Below, in pieces: positions 1 through 13,877 of a stretch of 64,000 nt of DNA. The stretch is from the human T2T-CHM13v2.0 reference genome, Homo sapiens. How positions within the stretch are numbered: position 1 is the stretch's first letter; each line of letters opens with the position of its first letter. A program made the translations under genes and the position numbers. The stretch lies in assembly GCF_009914755.1 (NCBI RefSeq), contig NC_060925.1. One strand, given 5' to 3'. The notes beneath the pieces are model-generated. The model was not told where the DNA came from. It saw only the letters and a program-made list of their open reading frames with translations, and made no database searches.

Positions 1-1174
1 GTAAAACCCATTAAGGATCTTGGGTGATAGAGTATGGGACAGGCTAGAATGCTATTTGATGGCAAGAGCAAAAGGTCAATAATTTTTCAGCCTGGCTGCT
101 GCTTCTTATGGAATCTTCTTCCCTTTGGGTTATGGACCCCTTAGCCAGCGCCAGCTTCCCCTCCACCATCAGCATATCCCTCCTGCCAGGCCAGAACAAC
201 TTGCCCCATTGAAGATCCCAAACTACTAGTGGTCTAGCCTTGGCCATCCTGGTGTGGTGACCAACAGGCAAGAGCCCAGTGACCCTGCATCCGGGGTGTT
301 TGGGGTGCCAGAGAGAAGCAGAGGAGGAGCTGGAATTGGCAATGGACCCTAGGTTCCTTGCCAGAGCTCTTGCCCCACAGCAGGCCCTGAGAAACAGGAT
401 ATTTAATGAAATCCTGTCTCCCAGTCCTTCAATGCCCAAGTCACTGTTCCCGTGGAAAGACACTGATGTTTGTACAGATGTGCATCTCTGTTGCTGCGTG
501 GCAGCATTTTTATCTCCTGTCTCTGCAGAGCCCCTTCCCTGGGACTGAGGAGCCACAGAAGGCTTTGGGATCTGTGGATCCTTGCCATGAGCCGAGACCT
601 CCCAGAGCTCCAGCACAATGACGGGAAGGCCAGGCTGCTATTCCAGGCCAGCCCTGGGTGCCACAAAGCAGACAGTGGGCTCAGGGAACATAGTCAGCAT
701 TTCCGTTGCATTTGCCACCACCACAGGCTTTCCAGTGGCGTGCAGCAGTCGCTACTCCTTCCACAGGTACCAGGGAGTGTGTTCATCCAGTGACTGGCTT
801 GGGACCAACCTGGGGTGGGGCTTTGATTTCTGAACCTTTTCTCCATGAGACCCCAAGAAGCCCCTGCCTTGACCACAGCTTGCCTCTGTGGTGGGTGGGA
901 CCCCTTGCTAGTGGAGGATGGGAGCTCCTTTGTGAGTCCTTCTCTTCATTTTAAAGGGACAGAGTCGGCAGTCCCTCTTGCTGCTGGGACAGTGGGATAT
1001 TGTCAGTCAATGAAGTAGTCCTAAGTGTAGTAATTTTTAGTGTTGTGAGAATGGTGATTTGCAACAGGAAACAAGAACTAGCTCCCAGCCTAAAGGGTGA
1101 TGTGGGAAAAGAAGGTAAACGAATCTGCCCCATCACACATGGTGTTACGCAAAAACAGGATGTGGGAGCTGCAC

Positions 1175-1340
1175 AGATCTGAGTTCAAATCCTGATTCTG
1201 TTACTTACTTACTTACTAGCTGGGTAACTAACCAGGGTGCTTTAGTTTCCTTGACTGTAAATGAGGTAATTGTGAGAATTAAAGAAGATTAAACCTGTAT
1301 AGTAGCTGGCATATGCTAGACATTCAATAAAAGTTAGTTT
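1175..1340 (+). mobile_element. MIR SINE fragment
   Basis: GTTCAAATCCTGATTCTG...AGTTTCCTTGACTGTAAATGAGG...CAATAAA, MIR-like core and tail. Confidence 0.65.
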
Positions 1341-1753
1341 CCTTCACTTCCATTATCCATGTTTCTAGATTTTTCTTCTGAGTCCTTTTTTTCTGGACAT
1401 TGGAAGCTCCCCACAGATACAGAAGTTTTTCCCTATTAGGCAGTAGGCTTCCTGGGGGCAGGGTTCTGTCTCTTCCATTAGTGTAGGATCTGGTTAAGGA
1501 CAAGGCTGTGTTTGGCTGTGTTCCCTACTCAGCCTGGGGCCTCCATGAGATTAGGAACTGTGCCTTGCCCATCAGCCTGGGAACTCCCTGCAGGCTGGGG
1601 CTGTGTTCCTCCATCAGATCCCCCATGTTCAGGGTCCTTAGGCAGTAAGCTTGGTCACAGCATGAGACTATCAATGGTTGGAACAAAGGCACCCAGTTAG
1701 GTTTATGTTTGAGAATCAACCAAGGAGACCAAGGAGGTTCTGAAGGTATTTTT

Positions 1754-2090
1754 TATTTATTTATTCCTATTTATTTTTCGGTTTTTTTAGAGACAAGGTC
1801 TTGCTCTGTCACCCAGGCTGGAGTGCAGCGGCACCATCACAGCTCACTGCAGCCTTGAACTCCTGGGCTCAGGCGATTCTCCCACCTTAGCCTCCTAAGT
1901 AGCTGAGACTACAGGCACACACCACCTTGCCTGGCTAATTTTTTTTTTTTTTTTTTTTTTGTAGAGACAGCTGGGTTGGGAAGTCTCACTATGTTGCCTA
2001 GGCTGGTCTCGAACTCCTGGGCTCAAGTGATCCTCTGGCCTTTCAGCCCCAAAAGTGCTGGAATTACAGGCATGAGCCACCAAACCCAAC
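1754..2090 (-). mobile_element. AluJ-type SINE
   Basis: Antisense dimeric Alu; TSD CTGAAGGTATTTTT at 1740-1753 and 2091-2104. Confidence 0.93.
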
Positions 2091-2669
2091 CTGAAGGTAT
2101 TTTTCTAAGGTCAAGTATGCCCCCCGACCTTGGGTCCTAGTTGGTAGAAAGCATTTCCGAAGTGGAGACATCTGGATGGCAGATGTGAAGTTGGCTGGGA
2201 TGGGCGAAGGTCTGGAAGGCTTCAGATTCCAGGCCCCATGACTCACTCCTCCATCACAGCAACCCCTCAGCAGCTGGGCCTCCTGAGCCCTGGGCAGGAC
2301 AGGGTTGGTGGGCCAGGCCCGGGTGGGCAGTGGTCCTTTGCCTTGGACACTGTATGGTCTGAAAGGATCCCGGCAGGACTGATCACTTTTGAAACTGCTT
2401 TCTGAAAGCTCCAAGCTTCCTTCTGAGTGGAGCTTAAGATATAATATTAAGCAGGTCATTCTAGGACTGTATGAGAGCAGAATGTGGCATCTCTTTTTGT
2501 TTTAGCTTGCAGGGTACTTCTAGGCGGTTGGTGCTCTCTCCTGGGCCTGGTGGATGGAAGGGAGCAGGCAGGGAGGGGTGGGGCAGGCCCTGCCTACAGA
2601 GCCTGTCAGTAGGGAACCAGTGAGTCACCAGAAGTCCAATACCTCAGTCCAGATCCTGGATGCTGTTGG

Positions 2670-2790
2670 ATCACGGGATCTGTCTGAGCATCAGTTTCCT
2701 TTTCTGAAAAGTAGGGATGATAACAGCTTAGGACGGTGGGTGAATCAGTGAGGTAATGCACAGGAACATGCATAGTAAATAGTTTTTGCC
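2670..2790 (+). mobile_element. MIR fragment
   Basis: TCTGAGCATCAGTTTCCTTTTTCTGAAAAGTAGGGATGATAAC core. Confidence 0.6.
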
Positions 2791-3132
2791 AGAGTGGGTG
2801 GTTATGAGTATTTAGAGTGGCCTGAGCCTCCCAATTGAAATATCCTGGCCTTTTGTCAAGTCCTAAGAGAGGATGTGTGGGGGAAGCTACAGACTAATGA
2901 AGAGGTGACCGGATCGTCAGAGGGTGCAGACATGCTTAGCAAGCTGGTGGTGCGACTCAGGGCTAGCTGCCCCTGGTCACGCTCCCCCTGTGCATCCGCG
3001 GCAGCAGGAAACATTTGTCCTCAGGAAACAGCCCCTCGAAGAGCGTCCGGACGCCGGGACCCAGCCTGGATGGCAGAGGGGGCGTTAACTCGTCCCACAG
3101 GTGCCACTGACCCAACACGATTTTTTTTCTGG

Positions 3133-3169
3133 TGTATCTTTCTGGGAGATGTATCTTTCTGGGAGATGT
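3133..3169. repeat. 17-bp tandem duplication TGTATCTTTCTGGGAGA x2
   Basis: Perfect copies at 3133-3149 and 3150-3166. Confidence 0.9.
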
Positions 3170-3339
3170 TGGAACTGGGCCCAGAGAAAAGCATACGAGA
3201 CCACAATCCCCAAGACACTGCTTGGTGGGGTACCCCACATGTCTGCTTCAAGTGCCACAGGTACAGCAAGGAAAGCCTGCAGGATCCCTCCACATCAGAG
3301 GTAAGGAAGAACCCAGAATCTGGAATTGGATGCCAGGAG

Positions 3340-3490
3340 CTTGAGTTCTGGGCCTGATATGACCACCTGGGGGCCCTTTGGCTAACACCCCACTTCTCTG
3401 AGCCTCAGTTTTCTCATCAGCAAAATGAGGGCATGGATCCCTATTTCAGTGTGTTATTGTAGGGGTAGAATGAGGTAACATGTGAAAGAC
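3340..3490 (+). mobile_element. MIR fragment
   Basis: CTCTGAGCCTCAGTTTTCTCATCAGCAAAATGAGG core. Confidence 0.7.
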
Positions 3491-3584
3491 CTGCGAAGGC
3501 AGAATGCTGTGGCCCTGACAAGCAGAAGCTTTGCAGGCAGGCAGATCTGGTTGGGATCCGATTCTCTTTGGACCGTAAATTCCT

Positions 3585-3874
3585 GGCCAGAAGTGGTGGC
3601 TCACACTTGTAATCCCAACACTTTGTGAGGCCAAGGCAGGAGAATCACATCAGCCAAAGAGTTTGAGATCAGCCTGGGCAACATAGCAAGACCCCCGTCT
3701 CTACAAGAAATTTAAAAAATTAGCCAGGCATGGTAGTGTGTCCCTGTAGCCCTAACTACTCAGGAGGCTGGAGTGGGAAGATCTCTTGAGTCCCAGAGGT
3801 TGAGGCTGCGGTGAGCCATGCTAGCACCACTGCACTCCAGCCTGGGTGACAGAGCAAGACTGTGTCTCAAAAAA
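3585..3874 (+). mobile_element. AluJ-type SINE
   Basis: Full dimeric Alu, sense. Confidence 0.93.
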
Positions 3875-3960
3875 GAAAGAAAGAAGAAAGGAAAGAAGGA
3901 GGGAGGGAGGGAGGGAGGAAGAAAGGAAGGAAGGAAGGCAGGCAGGCAGGCAGGCAGGCA
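3869..3960. repeat. Compound purine-rich microsatellite (AAAG/GGAG/GAAG/GCAG) grown from the Alu tail
   Basis: Read directly. Confidence 0.9.
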
Positions 3961-4108
3961 TCCTCGGCCCTGGCACAGGGTCTGGCTCATTGTAGATGGT
4001 CAGTTTGTAGGTGTGAAAGGAATAGTTCAGTCTCACCTCCTCCACTTTGTAGCAGTGTGGCTTTAACTTTTCTCACCTTTAGCGTCCTTACCTATTACAG
4101 GGGAATGG

Positions 4109-4415
4109 GGCCAGGCATGGTAGCTCACGCCTGTAATCCCAGCACTTTGGGAGGCCGAGGCGGGCAGATCACTTGAGGTCAGGTGTTCGAGACCAGCCTG
4201 GGCAACATGGCGAAACCCCGTCTCTACTAAAAATACAAAAATTAGCTGGGTGTGGTGACACACACCTGTAGTCCCAGCTATTTGGGAGGCTGAGGCAAGA
4301 AAATTGCTTGAACCCTTGAACCCAGGAGGCAGAGGTTGCAGTGAGCCAAGATTGTGCCACTGTACTCCAGCATGGGCAACAGAGTGAGACTCTGTCTCAA
4401 ATAAATAAATAAATA
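4109..4415 (+). mobile_element. AluS-type SINE
   Basis: Full Alu, (AAAT)n tail, internal TTGAACCC duplication. Confidence 0.93.
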
Positions 4416-4420
4416 GGAAT

Positions 4421-4909
4421 TGATTGGTTTTCTAGGCTGCTGTAACAAATGACCACAAGCTTAGTGTCTTAACACAGATTTATCTTACAGTTCTGTACAG
4501 CAGAAGTCTGACAAGGTGTCACTGGGCTAATTCCAAAGTGTCAGCAGGGCTGTGTTCCTACCTGGAGGATCCAGGGGAGAATCTGTTTCCTTGCCTTTTC
4601 CAGCTCCTGGAGGCCACCCTCAATCTTTGGTGTGTGGCCCCTTTTTCCATCTTCAAAGTCAGCAACAGCAGGTCAGGTCCTTCTCATGCTGCCATCTCGC
4701 TGCTTCTCTGCAGCTAGGAAAGGTTCTCTGCTTTTAAGGACTCGTGTGATTAGATGGACCCATTTGCATAATCCAAGATACCCTACCCATTCCAGGGTCC
4801 TTAATCTTAATCACATCTGTGAAGATCCTTTTGCCACTTACGGTAACAACTGCAACTTCTGAATAAAAGGGAATGGGCATCTTTGGGGTCCGTTATTCTG
4901 CCTACCACA
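4421..4909 (-). mobile_element. MaLR solo LTR (MLT1C/D-like)
   Basis: GGCTGCTGTAACAAATGACCACAA...GGAGAATCTGTTTCCTTGCCTTTTCCAGC...TTATTCTGCCTACCACA terminus. Confidence 0.85.
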
Positions 4910-7900
4910 GAGAACACTAATGGTTCCTATCATACTGGATTGTTGGCAGGAATAAACATATGTTTTAAAAAAGGTAATAAATGTAAGGTGACTGGCACAT
5001 ACTAAGTGCTCATTAAATATTTAGCTACTGCTATCATCATTACTACATAAACCATGTGGTGCCTTATAAATGCTAGTTATTGATGCCAATTTTCTAAATA
5101 AGAAAGTACAGGGCCTGGTTTCTTCTGGGCTCATTGTCAGTCTCCCTTCCTGTGCCTCGGTTTCCTCCGCCATCAGAAGAGAAACTGACCCTGCTCTTGG
5201 CAGCTCACACTCCAGGCCTAGGAGGCACACAAAGTTTCCCTTGTGCTATGTGAGGGCGGCTGCCAGCAGCGGGCATGGGGCCCGGCCCATGGCTATCCCA
5301 GGGACGTGGTATTCACTGAGATCACAAGGGAACAGAAGGGCCCCTTCTTTGGAGGGCAGAGAGGTTCCAAGTGGATCCCTGCAGGAACTGAGCCCCCTCT
5401 GTGGGAAAGAATTGCCTCCGTTGTGAGGCAGTATCGCTATTTGCAAAGCGTTTTGCAATCATTTTTATTAGCAGAGCCCCTGAGACTTGAGGATAATAGA
5501 AGGGCTGTCACCCACCCCCTGCCTCTCTGGGGGAAACTGAGGCCCACACAGTTGAAGGTGGGACCCCAGGCCACATGATGAGGTGGATTTGACCTCCCAG
5601 GGGCCTTGTGGCTTCAGGCCAGCATTTTATCCCTGGAGGCGCCAGACATTCCCCCAATCCCTAGTCACTGAACTGAACCAAAAATTAACACCCAAATGCC
5701 CTTCAGCGCCTCCCTCTCAGACTTTTCTTTAAAAGACCAATTTGAAATGCAGCCACCCTCTTCCATGTCAAGGCTGGCGCTGGTCCTTTCTTTCAGATCC
5801 TGGCTGCTCCTCCTTCCCTGCCAGCACTGAGCTCTCCCCATCACTTCCAGACTCCTTCCTGTGGGCTCCAGGGGCCTCCCCCACACTCTGCCCCATCTCC
5901 CAGTTTCCTCCCGACACATACACCATTCTGATGGTGACGCTTGCCCACCTCTTTCAGAGAGAGGCAGGCCACTTCTCCTGGGCATTTCTCTTGCAGGCTC
6001 TGAGAACCACTCCCCAGACCCCCATGAAATGCCGGCAGCTCCAGCCACACCCCAGCTCACTTTGGAGGCCTGCTCGAGGCTCACCGCCTCCAGGAAGGCT
6101 TCCCCCTGAGCCCACCACTGTCACCCACCCCTGGTGCCCTCTCCGCTTGGCTCCACCAGTACCTAGTGATATTGCTCAGGGTGCACACCCTCAGCCGTTA
6201 CAGGCCTTTCTCCCCTCCCTCAGCACTTAGGTTGTGTTCCCCAGGCAGGGGCTTTGTCTCTCCCATCAGGCGAGAGCTCCCTCGGGAATACTCCAGAACA
6301 CAGCCCCTCGAGTTCTAGGGCTGTATCAGAAGTCAGTACTTTCTCTCCCTGCCCACTCACAACACACACAGAACCCTTCTTCCCTTGGGATGACGCTGTT
6401 GGATCACAGAGGGCACAGGTGCCCCATCCATGGTTCCTTTTTCTCCCTAAATTTTAACTAGTGTTGTTTTTTTCTTCCTGATTAACAAAGCTTATCATAG
6501 AAAAATAGAAAAACTTGAAGTAGCCATAATCCCCCACTCCAGAAGCAAACACTGTTAACATTTCCTTCTAGGTTGTTTTTTTTTTTAAAGGCAGGTTTGT
6601 CTACCTGAGATCATACTCGGCCTACCATTTTGTATTTTTGCTTTTTTGCTTAATATTATCTCAGATGTTTTTCTGTATCGATCAAATCTCTGTACACATC
6701 ATTTTAAATATTATTTCATATGTATGTACTGTAATTTGCTCAACTATCTGTGATTCCCTCCTCACTTATAATCCCCAAACCACAGGGTGCTGACTTCCTT
6801 AGGCGGTGTTTTGGAATAGTTTGTCCCCTCCCACCCCCCATCCCCAGCCACCGGAAGACAAAAAAAATGACCAGCTGCTCTTCACAGGACTCTGATTAGG
6901 ATCTTGAACTGGGTGGCGGTTGGAAATCAGTATCACACCCTCCCCACACCCTGTCCCTTCCTGCCTGACAAGATGGGAAAGCCATCAGCTGCAGGGGGGA
7001 GTGGACAAACATCCCCACCCTCTTCATGGGGAACAGGCTTCTGTTGGTTCAGGGGGTTGCCTCTGTTGTTTTTTCTGATGGGGCTGTCCACAGGTACGAG
7101 GGCATTGGCTGGGCCAGAGGGGCCTTGTCCTGTCAAGTTACCGGGGTTGGAGCCCGCGCTGTAGGAGCTGGGCCACTGGGTGAAGTGCTCAAGAGGCTTG
7201 AGAGCTGCACTGGGATGGAGTCTGCACAGCACCCAGCTGGAGGACTGAGGCGAAGCGAGCCAGAGCTCAGCCACCCCTCTTGGTTCTACTGAAAATATTG
7301 CTCAGGGAGGCATCTCAGGGATCCATATGGTCTAACTGAATCAGTAATGAGACTCTACTGTGTGTGTAGACAATATTGATGTGCCCAAGGCTGTCAGAGG
7401 CACAGGGAGATGGAACTCACAGTGCCCTGGGGTCTCTGTTCCAATCCAGTGTGGCCAGGGTCTACCTGCCGCTGCTTTGTGGAGGAAGGTGGAGACTGTC
7501 TCTCCAACAGCACAGACACGTCTACCCATGAGAGACTATGGCTTTCTCCCAAGCCATAGGTACCTGCCTCCCCAGTTGTGTCGGTACCCAAAACCCCAAA
7601 GCCTTGTGTGTATTATATTTGTGAGACCCCTGCCTGCACATCGAGAATGTCCTTTCTCTATGTGGCACGGAGCAAGGGTAACTGACCCAATTGAAGATCA
7701 ACCCTAGGAGACAGAGCCTCATGGGTGCTTTAACCAGCTGTGTGTCCAGCTGTGTGCCATCATCTCCCCTTCGCCAAGACCCTGCCATGCAAATTGAGTA
7801 CATAAACCACCTGTGAGTGCCTAGGACCACGTAAGCATAGGCTGCCTGGGCTGTGTACCTAAGGAGTAATTGGAGTGCGGGCATCCTGGGCTGACAATAA

Positions 7901-8349
7901 AAGGAGGCTGTGGGCTGGGGTGAAAAGGCAGTGGGGGGCAGCTGTGGAGCACTTCCCACTGCTCCTCCAGCTTGGTGATGGGCTGGCATCAGAGCAAGCC
8001 CCTTGCCCAGTTTTAGTCTTGTGGGCAGCTCTTCTTGTCCCTAGCTGGCAGTTTCCTGTGGGTAGATCTGGGTTGCCAATCCCAGAATCCTGGAACCCTG
8101 GCTTGTCTGTTTCCTGTAACACCCAAAGCCTACTTGTTAATGGAGTGTCAGCACTCCATTGCCACTGCCATCACCGCTTCCCGGGGCTGCGTCCTGAATT
8201 CTTGTTGGGTGCTGTATCTGTTCCCTCTGAGTTTTGGGTGGTGGTATGTCTGGCCACAGCTGGGCCCACTGCAGTTCCTGTGAGGGGTGGCTGCATGTAC
8301 ACACATGACCCCAAACATGCTGGCTGCCTAGTGCCCCCAGGCAGACGTG

Positions 8350-8540
8350 AGTTTGATACCAACTGTGGCAATTAGGCGTGTTGTTTTACCTCCTTGGGCC
8401 TCAGTTTCCTCATCTGTAAAATGAAAATGTTAAGCACTCCTACCTCATGAAGTTGTTGTAAGGATTCAATAACATAATATAATATAATATATAAACAATG
8501 CGTGTTTGCACAGCGCCTGTCCCACAGTATGTGCTCGGGA
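8350..8540 (+). mobile_element. MIR
   Basis: GCCTCAGTTTCCTCATCTGTAAAATG core. Confidence 0.8.
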
Positions 8541-8705
8541 AAGAGGGCTCCATTGCAAGGGTCTCTCGGTCTTCAGGCTGCTCACCGACTCCCTCTTCTT
8601 TCCCAGGGTGTCTGTTTAGTCTAAAAGTTCAGATGTGCCTCATGCATGCGCAGAAGTTTGCGGGGGTCCTCTAGGTCAGTGGGCTTGAATGGCAGGTCCT
8701 AGGGA

Positions 8706-8733
8706 GGAAGGTCAGACTGGGAAGGTCAGACTG
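8706..8733. repeat. 14-bp tandem duplication GGAAGGTCAGACTG x2
   Basis: Perfect copies at 8706-8719 and 8720-8733. Confidence 0.9.
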
Positions 8734-9614
8734 TGTGGTCCAGGAGCCTGAACCTCTGTGCAAGGTGGGGCCTTCTCAGCTCCCCACTCCTCCCGGCTGC
8801 TTCCTGTTAGCAGGACACCCAGGGAGAAGCGTGTTTCCTTCCTGCTCTGGGCAAACCCAGGCCACTCCCCCAGCCCCTAGAACTTCTGTTCAGAACCACC
8901 AGCAGCCCTGAGGACAGTACAGAGCTGACCAAAGTCTCATCCAGGTGTGAAAAGCCACCCCCCTCCAGAGGTGCTCAGGCCCATGAAGGTCTGGGCTGAT
9001 CTTGGGCTGGATCCTGTGGCAGCTTCACTCCAGTGCAAGTCAGCCTGGCCACCTCCTGGTAGGCAACCAGCAGCTGCAGCAGTTCACGGCTATAGCATGA
9101 ACTCCCCTGATGCCAGGGCAGCCCAGAGCTAGCTTCGATTTATGAATGATTTTAATGTCCGAAATTAACATCATCTTCAGCTCTTGAAACAAATGACTCC
9201 AGGGATGTCAAAGCACACTGGTTTACCCAGCACCAGGGACACTGGAAAGGTGTCATGGACCCTGAGGCTGATCCTTGCATCCTTCATCTCTTCACTTTAG
9301 AGGTTCTCAAAGCCATCTTTCTGCCATCCTTCCCAGCTGACATCATATAAGATGCTCCAGGTTGTCAAGGGTATGTCTGCCTTTAAAAAATGATCTAGGG
9401 AAGGTACAGTGATTCTGGGAGTGCCCATCTCTCTGCATCACTTTGCTGGGGCTGCACACAGAGAGGGGCCCTGGGATCATGGGACTGCAGGAGCTCAGGA
9501 GGAAGCAGTTAGTAACCCCCTCATGAGGAAGCCCCTCGCAGTATCCGCTGGTCCAGTTCTCTCCCTTTGCTCACCTGGACACCTTCTTCTAAGGCCACAG
9601 AGGAGTGGGAAGGA

Positions 9615-9810
9615 CAAAGGCTCTGGAAGCAGACATCCAGCTCTTAGGCTTCTGACTAGTGTGTGATCGTTGACAAGTCAATTTACTTCTCAGTTGCTGT
9701 TTTACTTGTGAAATAATGAGAAAGACAACACCTGCCCTGTCCAGCTCCTGGGGTTATTGTGAGGATCAAATGAGATGACGGATGTGGAAATATTTTAACT
9801 GTAAAATACC
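9615..9810 (+). mobile_element. MIR fragment
   Basis: GTGTGATCGTTGACAAGTCA...TTATTGTGAGGATCAAATGAGATG. Confidence 0.7.
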
Positions 9811-10989
9811 ATTTTCATTTTATTTATTATGATTAAGAAGAGGCACTATAGTCATCCGGGGTGAGCGCTTCTCTGGCCTCTTGTGTGCCCTGATTAGGCT
9901 GACCTGAAAAACACCAAACAAAAAAATCAGAGCAGGTGGAAGGAAGCAGACTCTCTCCCCACCTGGTTGGAGCCCATGGCCCACATGTAGGCTGTGCCCA
10001 GGGCTGCTCTTCCTTCCCTTCTAGGGCAGACTCAGCAGACCCAAAGATCAAGCAACTGCCAGGGTCAGGCGCCTCCTTACAGCCGTCAGGAGAATGCTTG
10101 GCAAGACAGCCCTGAATTCTGTTCCTCTCTAGTTCCAGGGGCATCTGGTCACCACCCCCAACCCTTGCCTCTTGCCCTGCAGGCCCAGCCAATGAGAAGT
10201 ACAGGTCTGCAGATGGGAAAGGGCTCTCCAGCCAGCCAGCAAGCAGGCCTGCCCTGGGAGTACCTGTCCTTATGCGAGAATAGAGGATAATAGGTCCTCA
10301 GGGCTGGGTGTGGTGAAACAACCAGAGAGGCCAAGGAGATGCTTGCCTGGTGTCCCACCAGTGAGAAAAAAAAGCTTTTTCTCCCTGTTACAGCCTGGCC
10401 TATACTGAAGGGTCTTCCTGAGCTGGCTGAGGGCTACGACCAGGGCCAGGGCCAGGGTATGGGGGAAGCCCAGCAGGCAGTCTCCCTTTTCTGCTCAGAA
10501 GAGGCACCAAGCACATTGAGTCTTCCTCACTTGGGATCTATTCTCTCAATGGAGGAGGCCTGTTCCCAGAAGTCCAGGTCTAGGAAGAAGGCTGCCTCCA
10601 CACATTCTCCATCTCTGGAACCTCAGGCCTGACAACATGGCCTATTTTCTACCATTAGCCCTGCAGCTGCCTCTGCTCTGCCGCTGACCCTGGTCGCTCA
10701 TTGCTAAGGCAACAAAGCTATCTCATTTCCTGAGCTTCATCGAATCTCAGCACCCATTTCCGCTGTGTCCGCATCCACCCCTGCCAGGGTCGAGGTGTCC
10801 TGTGATTGCTTTTGTCCCTGCCAAGGGCTGTATCAGCCCCGCCAGGTCTGGTGGCCATTGATTTTGAAAGAGCAGAGTAGTCAGCATCCACTGTGAGCTG
10901 TGTGGACTCGCAGGCCCTGGCTCCTGGATCTCTGGGCTAGCCAGTGGGACTAAGCACAATTGCCATCATGGTGTGATGAAGGAGAAGTC

Positions 10990-11140
10990 AGACTGACCTC
11001 TCTGAGTCTCATTTTCATCAGAAAGGGGAGGTAGTGCTGGGAGTTGCTGTGAGAATGACATGAGATAATGGATGTGATCATGTGTGCAGGGTTCCTAGAA
11101 CAGTGCGTGACACATAATTGGTGCCCAGTGAATAAATGAC
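10990..11140 (+). mobile_element. MIR fragment
   Basis: CTCTCTGAGTCTCATTTTCATC...GTTGCTGTGAGAATGACATGAGATAATG. Confidence 0.65.
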
Positions 11141-12066
11141 AGCTCCCTTTCCTACATAGTCATGGCTTAATACGCCTTCAGGCCAGGGTAGAAGATATAT
11201 ATTGAGCACCTTCCATGTTTGTTCCAGGTACTGCCAGGCTCCAGGCACTGGGGAATGCAGTCCCTGCTGTCAGGGAGTTTGTCACACAGCTGGGAAACCA
11301 GTCCCCCACCATGATGAGATCACAGACAAAGGGGACCACAGAGTGAGCACTCTGGGGCTGTCCCTAGGTCTCTGGCTATGGGTGCCCAGCAGAACTGCAA
11401 GGGCCCCTTCAATTATCCACAGTCAAGAACTGGAAGCCTGGCTAGGCGTTCTGTTTTGCCTAGAATTGCTTATTATGACCTTTTTTTCTTTTGCAGCAAA
11501 TTTCCCTTCCTAATTTGGTTCTGTTTATCCCATTATTAAAGTGGGATTACATAGGAATTTAACTGAAGTAAATGATCATCAATGTGTACAAAGATCTAGC
11601 TGCAAGAATGTTCTTGGCAAAATTGTTTATCACAGGGGAAGGGCACAAACAATTTGAGTGGGTAAAAGTACCACATATGTTAATGATACTCTGGTATAAC
11701 CATCTATTAATAGCGGAAAGGGGAATACCTAATGTGCCTAATGCACCCATAAGGAATTATTAACACTTCACTCACTCAGTCATTCACTCATCTGATCGCT
11801 CATTCCACTCACAGTCACTGAGCACCTTCCAGACAAAAGGTCCTATATGAGAGAGTGTTTTACTCAGGTTCCTCAGAGATGAGGATGTGATCACAGATTA
11901 AGGGAGAAGTTATGGGATTCATCATGGGATAGCGAGGAAACTGGGCAGCGGGGTTTTTGGTCCTCCAGGCTGAGGCATGTGACAAGCATGGTGGGCTTCT
12001 GCAGGGGCCACAGCATCTCCAGGCTACAGAACCCTGGATCCTAAGCTGGCTTCCATAGTTCCCTGA

Positions 12067-12443
<377 letters not shown>

Positions 12444-13514
12444 AGATTCTAATTTCTTTTAGCCTTTATCACCATCAATGAAATGGGGATAGGAATGACT
12501 GTCTTATACCTTACCAGCAAGTCATCACAAGACTCAAAGGAGGCAGCTAAGTGGCCTGCTCTAAACCGTGCAGGTGTTGACAACAGAGATTAATCCTCAT
12601 TGCTCAAGTAGATGCCCTGGGGTAGGGGGTGGTTTCCAGCTGTGCTCTTCTTGGGAATTACTTTTCTTTCTGTCCCCATAGCCATCTCCTCCCATGCTGT
12701 CCAACCCTGCTCCTTCCTACTCCATCTTGCCCCTGCCCATCTCACCTTCTAGAAGCCTGAGCCCAGCAGCCCAAGGTCAGCTCCATCTGAAACTAGTGTC
12801 ATCACTGGAAAGGTTGCATGGAAGAGCCCTCCTTCAAAAGTAAATAATCAAACTTTGTTTAAAGGCCTGACAATGTTCATTTGTGTTGATCAAGCTCAGA
12901 CTGAATTATGCATAGGCACATGGCCTGTGCCTGAGGAATTTACCATGTAGGCCAGACACCCTGACTGATTCAAAGGATGTACAGACAGCAGGACATCAAG
13001 TCGAGGCAGGCCACAGGGAGCTGACCCTGGAGTGCTGATTTCACAGAACGTGGCTGCTAAGTCCAGATAATGTTTCATCTCCTGATATGTGTGTGTGTAT
13101 GCGTGTGTGTGTGTGTGCACACCTGTACCGTATTCACACTTTTTCAAGGGGAAAGAAGAAAGGAAGGAAGGAAGGGAGGGGAATAAAAACAAATCTTTTT
13201 GAAGTGGAGCCATGTGACCCCAGGTAAACCCTCAGGGAGCCCCTGCCCTGCCCTGCCTCTGCACCAGTTCTTCCTGACAGAGAGCTTTGTCCCCTCCCCT
13301 ACATGTCTGTCACACACCCCCTCCCTGCCTCCTGTTTTGCAGTCAGGACCCTCCATCATGACAGAGGGAGGCCCAAATTGTCTTCTGCTCCAGGCCTGCC
13401 TGCTGTACCTATCTCCCAGGGATCTTGTGATGATTAAGAGAGCTAATACATGAAAAATATATAAAATGGTGCCAGGTACCTAGTAAACACTCAACAAATA
13501 TTATCTATTACTAA

Positions 13515-13850
<336 letters not shown>

Positions 13851-13877
13851 GAACGAGTCTAAATAAACTGTAGAGTT

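Noticed and set aside
44-616. 190-aa minus-strand ORF and overlapping ORFs
   Set aside because: No recognisable homology; several overlapping frames are open, typical of GC-rich non-coding DNA
3362-3377. CTCF-like CCACCTGGGGGC (also near 58789)
   Set aside because: Mismatch at the highly conserved core A; cannot be supported without ChIP data
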